From a virus: 64,000 bases of DNA. The notes under the pieces were generated by a model that was given only the letters and a program-made list of their open reading frames with translations, was not told the origin of the DNA and made no database searches. Each line of letters starts with the position of its first letter. Position 1 is the first letter of the stretch. The stretch covers positions 134-64,133 of the IMG/VR virus record IMGVR_UViG_3300023311_000098. One strand, written 5' to 3'. This document shows, one piece after another, positions 26,119 through 35,051 of the stretch. The position numbers and the translations under genes were made by a program.

Positions 26119-26228
26119 GCTGAGAGACACCATGCAGAACGCGAATTTTCCTTTTCAAAAACCCGCATTTAATCTTACCGACTCGCGTCGGTGTCTCTCA
26201 GCAGAGCCAAGATTGAGTGCGGGATTTT
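26119..26228 (+). promoter_or_regulatory. attenuator-like leader of the replication gene
   Basis: two interleaved, mutually exclusive inverted repeats (13 bp and 15 bp). Confidence 0.65.
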
Positions 26229-26265
26229 GCATCGTGAGAGTACGCTACAATTCGGAGATTCGGTT

Positions 26266-27387
26266 ATGAGCGAACAGGCACCCGATGGACAATATACACA
26301 GCTTGATCTAATTCGCCGCGAAGAAAAAGCGTTTCAGAAATTCGCCGCCATTTGCGCGGCCAACGAAGACGCAGTAAATATCCCCAAAATCTATTATGAC
26401 GTCACAGATGGAGACCATGCTGCTGCCGCCGTTCTTGACGAAATCCTGTTCTGGACTTTGCCGAATAAGAAGCGCAATAGTACCGCACTACGGGTTCGCA
26501 AAGATGGTATTCTGTGGTTGGCAGTATCTAGGGCGGAGTGGTGGGAAAGGAAGCGCCTGAGTGAGCGGCAAGCCGACCATGGAATAGAAAAACTCCTCGA
26601 GTTGGGCATCATCGACAAATGTATCCACCGTTTCAATGGTCATGGGCAAATGCACTTGAGGGTAGTTGGTCCGGCGTTTTTTGATCTTTACGGAAAGGCG
26701 CTTCAAAAGGCATTCTTGGAAGATGCCGACATAGATGAAAATTCAATCACGGAGATAAACGACCTGTATGAAATGATGGGAATGAGTGATTCACGGATTC
26801 GTGATTCACGAAACGGGGACACTGATTCACCAAACGGTGATAGGGAATCACCAAACGGTGATACTCTTAACAGCCTCCAACCAGCCTCCAATAAAGCCCC
26901 CATAATTGCGCGTGAGCCACTTTCGCAAGAAAATCTTGACAAAGCAAACCGGAAAGTTGATGCTATTCTTCAACAGGACGCTCTTGCACGAGAGAAACAA
27001 TCTTCCGGGTCCGCCTGGACTGGGCGCGAGAAAATCCCCGAGCCGATCCGGGACCTGCTCGATGTTTATGTTCAGATTACCGGACAGAAACCCGCCAAGA
27101 ATCAACTGATGGACTGGCTACAAACCGGGCAGGAGTGGCTCGAAATAGGCATAAGCGCCGATGATCTGCGCGAGGCCTATCGCAAAGCAAAACCAGATAG
27201 CGGGGAGGGCTTCATGGTTGCCCGCCCAGGAAGCCTCACCCGAACCGCTGGCATGTTCGCGGGGGAGCGCAGAAAGAAGATAAGCGGGGAGGTTATTATT
27301 GCCACGCCCACCACGAAGAAAATCGAATCAGTTTATTTTGATCCCGACAAGCCGTTTTATCAACAATTCCCCGAGGAGACAGCATGA
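26266..27387 (+). CDS. replication initiator protein (winged-helix N-terminus)
   Basis: AAAVLDEILFW...SRAEWWE...LSERQ...IEKLLELGII wHTH; internal DNA repeats. Confidence 0.75.
   Translation: MSEQAPDGQYTQLDLIRREEKAFQKFAAICAANEDAVNIPKIYYDVTDGDHAAAAVLDEILFWTLPNKKRNSTALRVRKDGILWLAVSRAEWWERKRLSERQADHGIEKLLELGIIDKCIHRFNGHGQMHLRVVGPAFFDLYGKALQKAFLEDADIDENSITEINDLYEMMGMSDSRIRDSRNGDTDSPNGDRESPNGDTLNSLQPASNKAPIIAREPLSQENLDKANRKVDAILQQDALAREKQSSGSAWTGREKIPEPIRDLLDVYVQITGQKPAKNQLMDWLQTGQEWLEIGISADDLREAYRKAKPDSGEGFMVARPGSLTRTAGMFAGERRKKISGEVIIATPTTKKIESVYFDPDKPFYQQFPEETA
26787..26863. repeat. iteron-like repeats, probable replication origin
   Basis: TCACCAAACGGTGATA twice at 21-bp spacing plus two degenerate GATTCACG copies. 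Confidence 0.7.
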
Positions 27388-27761
27388 ATATCCCGGCTCA
27401 AATTCAATCTGCATTACGCAATCCGTCCACCAAGAAAGCCTGGATTAGTGAATATCCCGTGATTGGGGCTGCCTGCACGAACTGCGGCGGTTCCGGCGTG
27501 GTGGTAGCTTTCATAGCAACTGAAGGCCCATACGACCAACCTGGAGGCCCCTATCTTGTCAAGAACGGCGTGAGGCTGACTTCCCATTCCGATACTATCA
27601 AGGGACAGGTTAAGTTTTGGGTTGGACAAACTATTTCTCTGCCCTGCCCGGAATGTCAAAACAAGATGGCTCCGACCTCAATCACTCCGGGTCATACCTG
27701 GAACGGCGCGAAACAACTGGCCGCGAAAATGGACGTGCGCGACGATTACGCCGATAAATAA
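27384..27761 (+). CDS. zinc-binding protein downstream of the initiator
   Basis: CTNCGGSG...PCPEC; ATGA coupled. Confidence 0.7.
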   Translation: MNIPAQIQSALRNPSTKKAWISEYPVIGAACTNCGGSGVVVAFIATEGPYDQPGGPYLVKNGVRLTSHSDTIKGQVKFWVGQTISLPCPECQNKMAPTSITPGHTWNGAKQLAAKMDVRDDYADK

Positions 27762-27790
27762 TGCCTGATTATACCTAGAAAGGTGAACCC

Positions 27791-28000
27791 ATGAGTATAT
27801 TTGATCCACCCTCAGACCCATACGGCGATGAAAAAAGTTGCCCGTTTTGTGATTATCCCTTACAGGACAAAGGCATACTAAATTTTCACGATTGGGTATG
27901 TACTAATCCAGAATGTGAACACAGCACATGTTATCAGGAACCGGAAACCGTAATTGATTTTCGCGGACATGAAGATGACCCAAGTTGGGTGCCGTTTTAG
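27791..28000 (+). CDS. small zinc-ribbon protein
   Basis: CPFC...CTNPEC. Confidence 0.65.
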   Translation: MSIFDPPSDPYGDEKSCPFCDYPLQDKGILNFHDWVCTNPECEHSTCYQEPETVIDFRGHEDDPSWVPF

Positions 28001-28113
28001 AAAACATATCATATCGTTGACGCCGACCATATTACCGATGCTGGATAAATGGTCTAGTCGGTGTATTTTTGTAACCGACTGAATTTCCGATAAAGTGAGA
28101 TGAGGAGAATAGC

Positions 28114-28440
28114 ATGGATACAAAAGCGATTGAAGAAATCAAGGCGATCATCGAATCCAACGAGAAAATAGGCAGGGTCGTAGTATGGACGCTTGAAGGA
28201 CTTGCGAGTATGCCGCTTGCAGAAATCATCAAGCAACCCACAGAAGGATTGTTATACGACCTGAACCGGGACAAGGCAACTGTCTGGACGCTGATGAAAG
28301 ACGATAAGTGGGTGAATGATTACGCCTGCGCGCTGGTGATAACCGCTCTCAAGTCGAAGTTGGCGGATGCAGAATTATCATTGGAACATTATGCGAATAC
28401 CTATGGAGGAGTGCGTAGGCCCCTTCATCCCGAGAAATAG
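28114..28440 (+). CDS. hypothetical protein
   Basis: GAGGAG SD; 108 aa. Confidence 0.7.
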   Translation: MDTKAIEEIKAIIESNEKIGRVVVWTLEGLASMPLAEIIKQPTEGLLYDLNRDKATVWTLMKDDKWVNDYACALVITALKSKLADAELSLEHYANTYGGVRRPLHPEK

Positions 28441-28606
28441 GCCGAGAAATGATAACCGAGGAAACGTTTTCTGACAAAACAGCAAAGGACGATTTTTTCG
28501 ACGAAGATTATCAATCCATCTGCTCTATGCCAAACAATCGTCGTGAATATTGCGAGGCAGATCGACTAGATTGCTATGGATGCCCATGGTGTACATTGGA
28601 GGAGAA

Positions 28607-29038
28607 ATGAGCGAATTAATAGACTTTGTTCAAAAGGCACACGGCAATCAAAAATATGGCGACATGCCATACATCGTTCATCTTTTATTGGTACAGAGAC
28701 ACTTTATAGACGAACCAAGAAAAACGGTAGCACTTCTCCATGATATTGTTGAAGATACCAGTATAAGTATTATGGATATTCAGAAAAAGTTTGGGGATGA
28801 AATAGCCTGGGCCGTGATGGCTATTACCCATTCCGACTCAACAGAAGATTATCTGAAAGAATATATCCCTCGTTGTGCAAAAAACGATATTGCCAGAGAT
28901 GTGAAGATAGCCGATCTGGAAGAAAACATTTATTCGGCAGAAAATAATTACCCTGAATTTTCTGGTTTATTGAAACGGTATAAAAAGGCTCTTTGGTTTC
29001 TCCTACAGGAAAAATATAAAAGAAAGAAGGCAAAATGA
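28607..29038 (+). CDS. HD-domain hydrolase, small alarmone hydrolase (Mesh1/SpoT-HD)-like
   Basis: AH.NQ.Y...PYIVH, ALLHDIVEDT, VKIAD...N. Confidence 0.85.
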   Translation: MSELIDFVQKAHGNQKYGDMPYIVHLLLVQRHFIDEPRKTVALLHDIVEDTSISIMDIQKKFGDEIAWAVMAITHSDSTEDYLKEYIPRCAKNDIARDVKIADLEENIYSAENNYPEFSGLLKRYKKALWFLLQEKYKRKKAK

Positions 29039-29166
29039 TTGCATATCATCTGACCCCCGACCCATATTGGTGGATACCTTTAGTCGCGCTGGTCGCCGCC
29101 TGTGTGCTGGCGTGGGCGTGCGGAAGGAATGAGCAATGACCAGCAAAGCAGAAAGGATGTGATGAA

Positions 29167-29661
29167 ATGAGCGAAACACTTGAACAACGATTGCGAAGAC
29201 TTGCAAAAGAAGATGATGCGACTTTATGTCAAGTTTATCCAGGAGATGTTGTTGAATTGCTGGATGAGAGGGATAAACTCTCAATTACGATTTCTACTCG
29301 TATCGAACAGATGGAGGACGTTAAAATGAAATTAAACCTAAGCGAAGCAATTGAAATTTTACAAAAAGAGATTGTTTGGTGCCTAGACCATCCCGATAAA
29401 GAATTAAATAATGACCAACAAATGGGGTTTATGAATGGATTGAGGCAGGCACAGACACTTTTAAGAAAAGCAGAAGCAGTAGTAAGTGGAAACACTCAAG
29501 AAACAAAACACAATGAGGTTATACAAGATTTAATTTATGCAGTAAAGATTTGGCGCTCAAGAATGCCCGCGGACATTAAGGGATATATATTGCCAAGAGA
29601 TGTCATTGATGTGATCCGCGCCATTGATGAATATGACGAAAATGTAGGTAAATATATATAA
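29167..29661 (+). CDS. hypothetical protein (possible fusion of two ORFs)
   Basis: internal GGAGG plus ATG (MKLNL). Confidence 0.6.
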   Translation: MSETLEQRLRRLAKEDDATLCQVYPGDVVELLDERDKLSITISTRIEQMEDVKMKLNLSEAIEILQKEIVWCLDHPDKELNNDQQMGFMNGLRQAQTLLRKAEAVVSGNTQETKHNEVIQDLIYAVKIWRSRMPADIKGYILPRDVIDVIRAIDEYDENVGKYI

Positions 29662-30151
29662 ATTGTTTAATTAATAAAGATTAAGTCATAGGAGTTTATG
29701 ACTTTCTGTATAAGGATACAACGAGGCCAACATGTTAATAATTCCAATCTATGACACGGGCGGGGTATACAGTTTGGCAGTGGACCCCGCCAATTTGCCT
29801 GAATGGCTGAAACGATGGATGGAGGTAAAATGAATACTAAATTACTGCAAAATGGCGAGAATTATGGACAGTATATTGATAGGCGTATTGAGGAGATATT
29901 CAGCGACCTGGCATCCGAGTCTGGTGAACAGTTTGCGAAAGAATACGGTGTAAACATGCCGGCCGGCGCATTGGCATTCGACCTGATGGACAAATCAATG
30001 CGTCTACAAAGTGCGTGGAAAAAGATAGCGGAATCCCGCAACGTATCGGAGGCACGATTATGATAATACCATCCTACTATTGCACGCTTCCCCTTGTTCT
30101 ATTTGCGGCGATCATGTTGGGAATTGAATTAATAATAGAGCGGAGGAAAAA

Positions 30152-30583
30152 ATGACCGCACCTGACATAGACATCCTTATTCCCTATGAAGGAGATAAGA
30201 AATTCGATCTGAAAGTTTCCAATAGAATTGACATTCTCGTCAAGGTACAGCCACTCTTGGAGCAGGCCAATGGGACGACCGACCCCGAAATATTATTGCG
30301 TGTGGCTGATGAGTGCGAGAAAGCCAGTCTATACCGATTGGCCGAGCATTACAGGATGCGCGCCGGGATACACCAGCCTGGAAAGGCAGATAAGAAAAGA
30401 GAATATCTTTCCAAGGCCATCGGGTTCATCGAATCCAGGGGCAGGGCCGAGTCTAAGGAAATCCGCCAGTACCTGGGTATTTCCAAACACGAGTTCTACC
30501 CCGTTCTGACGGCGCTGCGGAAATGTGGTAAGGTTGTCTTTATCGACTTGCACTATGTGCCGAAAAGCGCAATGCTGTTTTGA
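30152..30583 (+). CDS. winged-helix protein
   Basis: C-terminal SKEIRQYLGISKHEFYPVLTALRKCGKV. Confidence 0.7.
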   Translation: MTAPDIDILIPYEGDKKFDLKVSNRIDILVKVQPLLEQANGTTDPEILLRVADECEKASLYRLAEHYRMRAGIHQPGKADKKREYLSKAIGFIESRGRAESKEIRQYLGISKHEFYPVLTALRKCGKVVFIDLHYVPKSAMLF

Positions 30584-30598
30584 TGAAAGGATGATGAA

Positions 30599-30790
30599 AT
30601 GGAATTTAGAGTACAGAATGTGAGTTATTTCAATTCCTCCGAAGAGTTAGAGGGGTGGCTGAAGCCATGGGGCGAGGATGGCTGGACAATTGCGGCTATG
30701 AATGATAAATATATTGTCATGCAGCGCCCCCCCGCAGAGATTGCGGAAATAGATTCGGTATGGGAAGCTATCACGAATAATGCGGGATAG
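30599..30790 (+). CDS. DUF4177-like small protein
   Basis: EFRV...LEGWL...GEDGW.I......MQRP. Confidence 0.65.
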   Translation: MEFRVQNVSYFNSSEELEGWLKPWGEDGWTIAAMNDKYIVMQRPPAEIAEIDSVWEAITNNAG

Positions 30791-30805
30791 GTGTATAATG
30801 GAGTT

Positions 30806-31035
30806 GGTTGCATCGAGGGCTTCAACACCTCGCCAGATTGGTCAATTCCAATCTTTCAGGGCGAAAGAGATTGAGCGACCTGGACAACCCTCCTGAGCGG
30901 GCCAGGGTATCGTTGTTCCGCAATATAGGCAGAGCTGGGATCTCCCAGAACACTCCGCCCTAGGGAGTCGCCCCGGCCAGATGGTCAGTGTGAGCGTCAA
31001 TGTAGAACCCCTCCGCGTGGGAGGGGTTCTCATGT
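30806..31035 (+). ncRNA. putative structured ncRNA
   Basis: TATAAT 30794-30799, multiple stems, terminal hairpin AGAACCCCTCC/GGAGGGGTTCT; no credible ORF. Confidence 0.6.
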
Positions 31036-31177
31036 TTATAATTCCACCACTTTCATTTTTCAGCGCGCGACTGAAAGTTCAAAATGGGTGAAAATAAATC
31101 TTTTCACTGTGAATGAAAACTATTTCACAGTAAAATTAATGCCGTCTTTTTTTCATGGGAAAGTGCCTCAGTAAAAT

Positions 31178-31423
31178 TTATTTCACCAGCCTATACGCCA
31201 CCTGCCGCCCGCACAATCCAACCCGGATCATTCTGCCCGCCTCGATTTCATTATTGATAATAGACTTTGCTCGATCACTTGTTATCCCGTTTGCCCCGGC
31301 ATACATGAGGGTGGTGAACTCGTCGGATCTGAGGGTGTAATGTTCTTCGTGGAATCGGCGTAGTTCTGCAATCATAAAATCTGCTGCAACCAGTTCATCA
31401 TTCAATGATGGGGTTGTCATCAA
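31178..31423 (-). CDS. small winged-helix-like protein
   Basis: coupled to the phosphoesterase. Confidence 0.6.
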   Translation of the reverse strand: MMTTPSLNDELVAADFMIAELRRFHEEHYTLRSDEFTTLMYAGANGITSDRAKSIINNEIEAGRMIRVGLCGRQVAYRLVK

Positions 31424-32282
31424 TCACCTCGCGGGTACGTACATCAAGAGTTTTAATGGCCACCTTTACATTGGTCAATCTGCCGTCAATGGTCTCGAAA
31501 AATGTGCCACCCAATGTAATAAGATAGGGGCTTTTTACAACCTTGCGGGCATAATCGTCCAGGCAACACAATGATGGACAGACAACAATAGTGGATTCCA
31601 CCTCCGATCCATTAACCATCATGCTGATTGTTTCCTTCACAAAGTTGTGATAATGTGCCCGCATTACCAAACGCGGCGGAACGCGCCCGGCCATTAATTC
31701 AGTTGTCATCAGACTTCGGAGATAATATCTTGCTTCGTTACCCTCCAGCCATGCGTGCCTGCCTGTGGGAGGGCCGTGGTGAGCCAGGTCAAGAGTTACG
31801 CCATTGTACGTTGGATTGTTATGATATAAAACTCTCACGTCTTTACCCGGATTGGAAATTGAAAGAAATTCCCCTACCTTAGATTCACTGTCCCCACTTC
31901 CAAAAACATGCACGCCTGTTCCCTTGATAATCCTTACCGCCTTGCAAGTCGGAAGCGCGTCAATCGCTCTTTGTAAGTTTCTTGCCCCGACTGTTTCTTG
32001 TACTGATTCGGATGGGGATATTAAAGAACCATGTACCCCACCTTGGGTTAAATCGCCATTGTGGATAAATAGTATTTCATCTCCCTGGGCGTATTCCTTT
32101 GCCACCTCCAAAAGCCATTCAAATATTCCATTGAGATAGACCTGTACGGGATTTAATGGAAGTTCATAATCTACCTGTTCCCCGTCGGGTTTTTCCATTT
32201 TCACAAAAGTTCCGGGAGAAAGAAGACCGAACGATTTTCCTCCGTGCGTATCCGCAAGAACAAAACCTATTTTTCGTTTCAT
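31398..32282 (-). CDS. calcineurin-like metallophosphoesterase
   Basis: ADTH, NGD, GT.VH, AHH, RAHYH motifs. Confidence 0.85.
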   Translation of the reverse strand: MKRKIGFVLADTHGGKSFGLLSPGTFVKMEKPDGEQVDYELPLNPVQVYLNGIFEWLLEVAKEYAQGDEILFIHNGDLTQGGVHGSLISPSESVQETVGARNLQRAIDALPTCKAVRIIKGTGVHVFGSGDSESKVGEFLSISNPGKDVRVLYHNNPTYNGVTLDLAHHGPPTGRHAWLEGNEARYYLRSLMTTELMAGRVPPRLVMRAHYHNFVKETISMMVNGSEVESTIVVCPSLCCLDDYARKVVKSPYLITLGGTFFETIDGRLTNVKVAIKTLDVRTREVIDDNPIIE

Positions 32283-32298
32283 AAAACCTCCATTCATG

Positions 32299-32329
32299 CA
32301 GAGGCGGTTACAAAACGTAACCGCCTCTG
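32299..32329. terminator. strong hairpin after the lysis genes
   Basis: CAGAGGCGGTTAC-AAAAC-GTAACCGCCTCTG. Confidence 0.65.
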
Positions 32330-32362
32330 TGAAATCCTATTTGATTGTCTTGCCAAATATGT

Positions 32363-32578
32363 CTATTTCTTCACCCCTTTCAATCGAGTGAAAAGCTGCT
32401 TGACCGTGTTGTTGGTCAGATAGTTCAGTACCAACGTGAGGCAGCCAATCACCAGGGCAATGATAGCCGGGATGGTGTAAGTCCCTACCGAGAAGAAGTT
32501 CATCACCAGTCCAAGAATGCCAATGGCGATAGTCAGTCCGGCCAGAACCCAGGTCAGTACAACAGATGGAATTGTCAT
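32363..32578 (-). CDS. two-TM small membrane protein (holin-like)
   Basis: two hydrophobic helices, basic tail; AAGGAG SD. Confidence 0.75.
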   Translation of the reverse strand: MTIPSVVLTWVLAGLTIAIGILGLVMNFFSVGTYTIPAIIALVIGCLTLVLNYLTNNTVKQLFTRLKGVKK

Positions 32579-32587
32579 GGTTCTCCT

Positions 32588-32803
32588 TTATGGCAAGTGT
32601 ACGCCGACTAATGGCAGCAGCACGATGATCGCCACAATCACAAGGACAAGGTAAAATACCCACTTGGCCTGAGCAATTGGAGGCGGGAACGGAATCATAC
32701 TGATGAGCCACCAGATCAGGGCAAAAATCAGTATGTAGACCAACAGCGTAACGAGAATTAACATTGTATTTTTCCTTTCTTCTAAATCAGGGCGTACTCG
32801 CAT
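32588..32803 (-). CDS. small two-TM membrane protein
   Basis: LIWWLISMIPFPPP; real start likely 32764. Confidence 0.7.
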   Translation of the reverse strand: MRVRPDLEERKNTMLILVTLLVYILIFALIWWLISMIPFPPPIAQAKWVFYLVLVIVAIIVLLPLVGVHLP

Positions 32804-32951
32804 TCATAGATCTATTTTATCACAAAAATTAGTGCATTAATACGTAACAGAATTCCAATTGCTAGGTAAAGCGGGAGCAGCCCGAGGAAGATTGCGTAGA
32901 GTATCAGTCCTATGATGCCCCATCCTTGCGGGCAACCGTCGAGTTCGTGTT

Positions 32952-33413
32952 TCATGGCGCTATCGGGAGAATGAATTTCGGGATGCCCAATAAAATCATC
33001 GTTCCATCCCATATATTCGGAACGTAGGTGGCTATCGTGTACATGATAATAAAGCCTAAAAATATAGTGATGTAGAAAGTTTTCTTCTTGAGCAGGTCGG
33101 AGAAGTGTTCGGTCTTGTGATGCGTATTCACCGAGGCGGTAAGTTCCACCACGCTGATGGTTAATCTTTGCAGCATTTCCCCTGTCTTTGCAATCGTCCG
33201 GTCTGTTCTATCAATGACAACCTCGGATGTAGTGGTAGAAACCTTTACCGCTTCCTCCGCCTTCATCCTGGCGACCTCTGCATTTGTGGAAACCGCGTTT
33301 AGTTTTTCCTCGATGCGGGCAGTTCTGACCAGCAGCCCCTCACCATTTTTTCCGATAACGGCAAGTTCGATCCGGTCTAATTGGCTGTTCTTCGTCGGCG
33401 TTTTGGTTGGCAT
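32952..33413 (-). CDS. coiled-coil protein with C-terminal TM helix (lysis region)
   Basis: GKNGEGLLVRTARIE, C-terminal TM. Confidence 0.75.
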   Translation of the reverse strand: MPTKTPTKNSQLDRIELAVIGKNGEGLLVRTARIEEKLNAVSTNAEVARMKAEEAVKVSTTTSEVVIDRTDRTIAKTGEMLQRLTISVVELTASVNTHHKTEHFSDLLKKKTFYITIFLGFIIMYTIATYVPNIWDGTMILLGIPKFILPIAP

Positions 33414-33436
33414 GTTTGTCTCCTGCCCTGCTAAGA

Positions 33437-33781
33437 TTAGCCTTTCGGCTCAATGGTGGGGGTCGGTTTGGTATCCGGTAAGGTCAGGACATGCCCCTCG
33501 TTTGCCAAAGTCACAGATGAGTCTGGTACGGTTATCTTGGCGGACTGGTTCCAGACCTGTGCAAGTTGCAACGCCATCTCCTCTTTTACTTGGGGTGGCT
33601 TATTTCCGGCTATCTGTTCAATTGCCTGTACCGCCAGCTTGGAATTTGCCTGCATGGTCTTGACCTGCTCGCGCGCCTGCCAGCGCGACATTGCCACGCC
33701 AACCACCGCGCTGACGCCTGCGACAATGACAGTCAGGAGCGGGGTAAAGATTGCGAGAATGGTTTGCACGGTTGGGTTCAT
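33437..33781 (-). CDS. putative holin (LL-H-like)
   Basis: N-terminal TM then AVQAIEQ...KEEMAL; downstream of the lysin. Confidence 0.65.
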   Translation of the reverse strand: MNPTVQTILAIFTPLLTVIVAGVSAVVGVAMSRWQAREQVKTMQANSKLAVQAIEQIAGNKPPQVKEEMALQLAQVWNQSAKITVPDSSVTLANEGHVLTLPDTKPTPTIEPKG

Positions 33782-34130
33782 ATCGTACCTTCTTCTTTCT
33801 CGTCCGACTCTTTGGGATATTCCCAATGATACCAAATCTCATTGATATGCTTTACCAATATGGGTACGATATAGGTTACGCTGGTTTGATATTCTCTTTC
33901 AAGCGGCAATGGCATAGAGCAGGCGCATGTACCAGTTGGACGACCAGATATATCTAAACACATATCACACCTTCTTCTTTGCTTGTTCGGCCAGTCTGTA
34001 AAGTCGCCCAAAAGCTCGATACATCCTTTTATCTTCTTCAGATAAATGAAACTTCCCATCACAGAATGTATGAGTAACCATTCCTCTAATATGAAATCTT
34101 GTATAACGATGTTTTATCATTGGTTTCATA

Positions 34131-35051
34131 TCACACCTTCTTCAAAAACTGAGTTGCGATAAACCCGCCATTCGTGAACTCTGGAATGGGTTGGAAGTGG
34201 CTATACCCGCCGGAGATATATGTGTCCACATAAACAGACGTATCCTTGGGTAATGTGCCAATCAGGTTGTCTTTTTCGCCCTGTGCGGGCTTGTAGGCGG
34301 CGCTACGCACGTTTACCATAACCACGGTCACGTATTGCGGATACGTTGAAGGCGTTGGCGTGGGAGCAGGCTGGGGGACATTTCCTACCCATTTGTGCAA
34401 GTCGTCAACCGTTCCATTGAATACATTTAGGTCAAGTCCTGCCGATCCCACGCCATATTGATGCCCAAGTCCGCCCTGTCCATTACAATCGTATTGCCAT
34501 ATCTTCCAGTTACGGGGCATATTCTCCGCGCCACTGACTGTCCAGTAATTCGGTTGTGCGTTGGGGTCAGGTGTGTACCAGTAATGAGCAATCCACAACC
34601 CGATATTTATATCTGTTCTGGCAAGGAAGTTGATAATCTGCTCTTGGATGGGTTTATACCATGTTCCCCAAATGTCTGGGTTCATGTAGAATAATCCAGC
34701 CTTCTTGGTTGTCTTGGCGATATACTCTATCGCCGGAAGAATGCCATTGATAAAAATACCGGAGTTGGTGTTGTAACTCTTCTCCACGTCCCATGCAAAG
34801 ACATTGTATTTCCCGGCCATTAAACCGATAAAGAAATCGGCCTGCGGTTTCCAATTAACCGCGCTGGATAGATAATGGAATGCACCCGTAACGCCTGCTT
34901 TCAAAACTCCGGGTTGCATTGAATCCAGTCCACTATCTTTTATCAGTCCATAAGACGTTCTCTGAATGACAAAATCAACCGGGCGCGGCGGATTTGCCAC
35001 TGGGGTATAGGAAGTCTGCCAGGATGAAATATCTGCTCCGTGCGCTTTCAT
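34131..35051 (-). CDS. endolysin, GH25 muramidase with SH3-like C-terminus
   Basis: GADISSWQ, GAFHY, DVE, LWIAHY, WKIWQY, LDLNVFNG; Pro-Thr linker; VNVRSA. Confidence 0.92.
   Translation of the reverse strand: MKAHGADISSWQTSYTPVANPPRPVDFVIQRTSYGLIKDSGLDSMQPGVLKAGVTGAFHYLSSAVNWKPQADFFIGLMAGKYNVFAWDVEKSYNTNSGIFINGILPAIEYIAKTTKKAGLFYMNPDIWGTWYKPIQEQIINFLARTDINIGLWIAHYWYTPDPNAQPNYWTVSGAENMPRNWKIWQYDCNGQGGLGHQYGVGSAGLDLNVFNGTVDDLHKWVGNVPQPAPTPTPSTYPQYVTVVMVNVRSAAYKPAQGEKDNLIGTLPKDTSVYVDTYISGGYSHFQPIPEFTNGGFIATQFLKKV

Noticed and set aside
31050-31140. AT-rich inverted repeats (ACTGTGAA/TTCACAGT) as att or dif site
   Set aside because: No recombinase gene and no match to the dif consensus; more simply a convergent termination zone.
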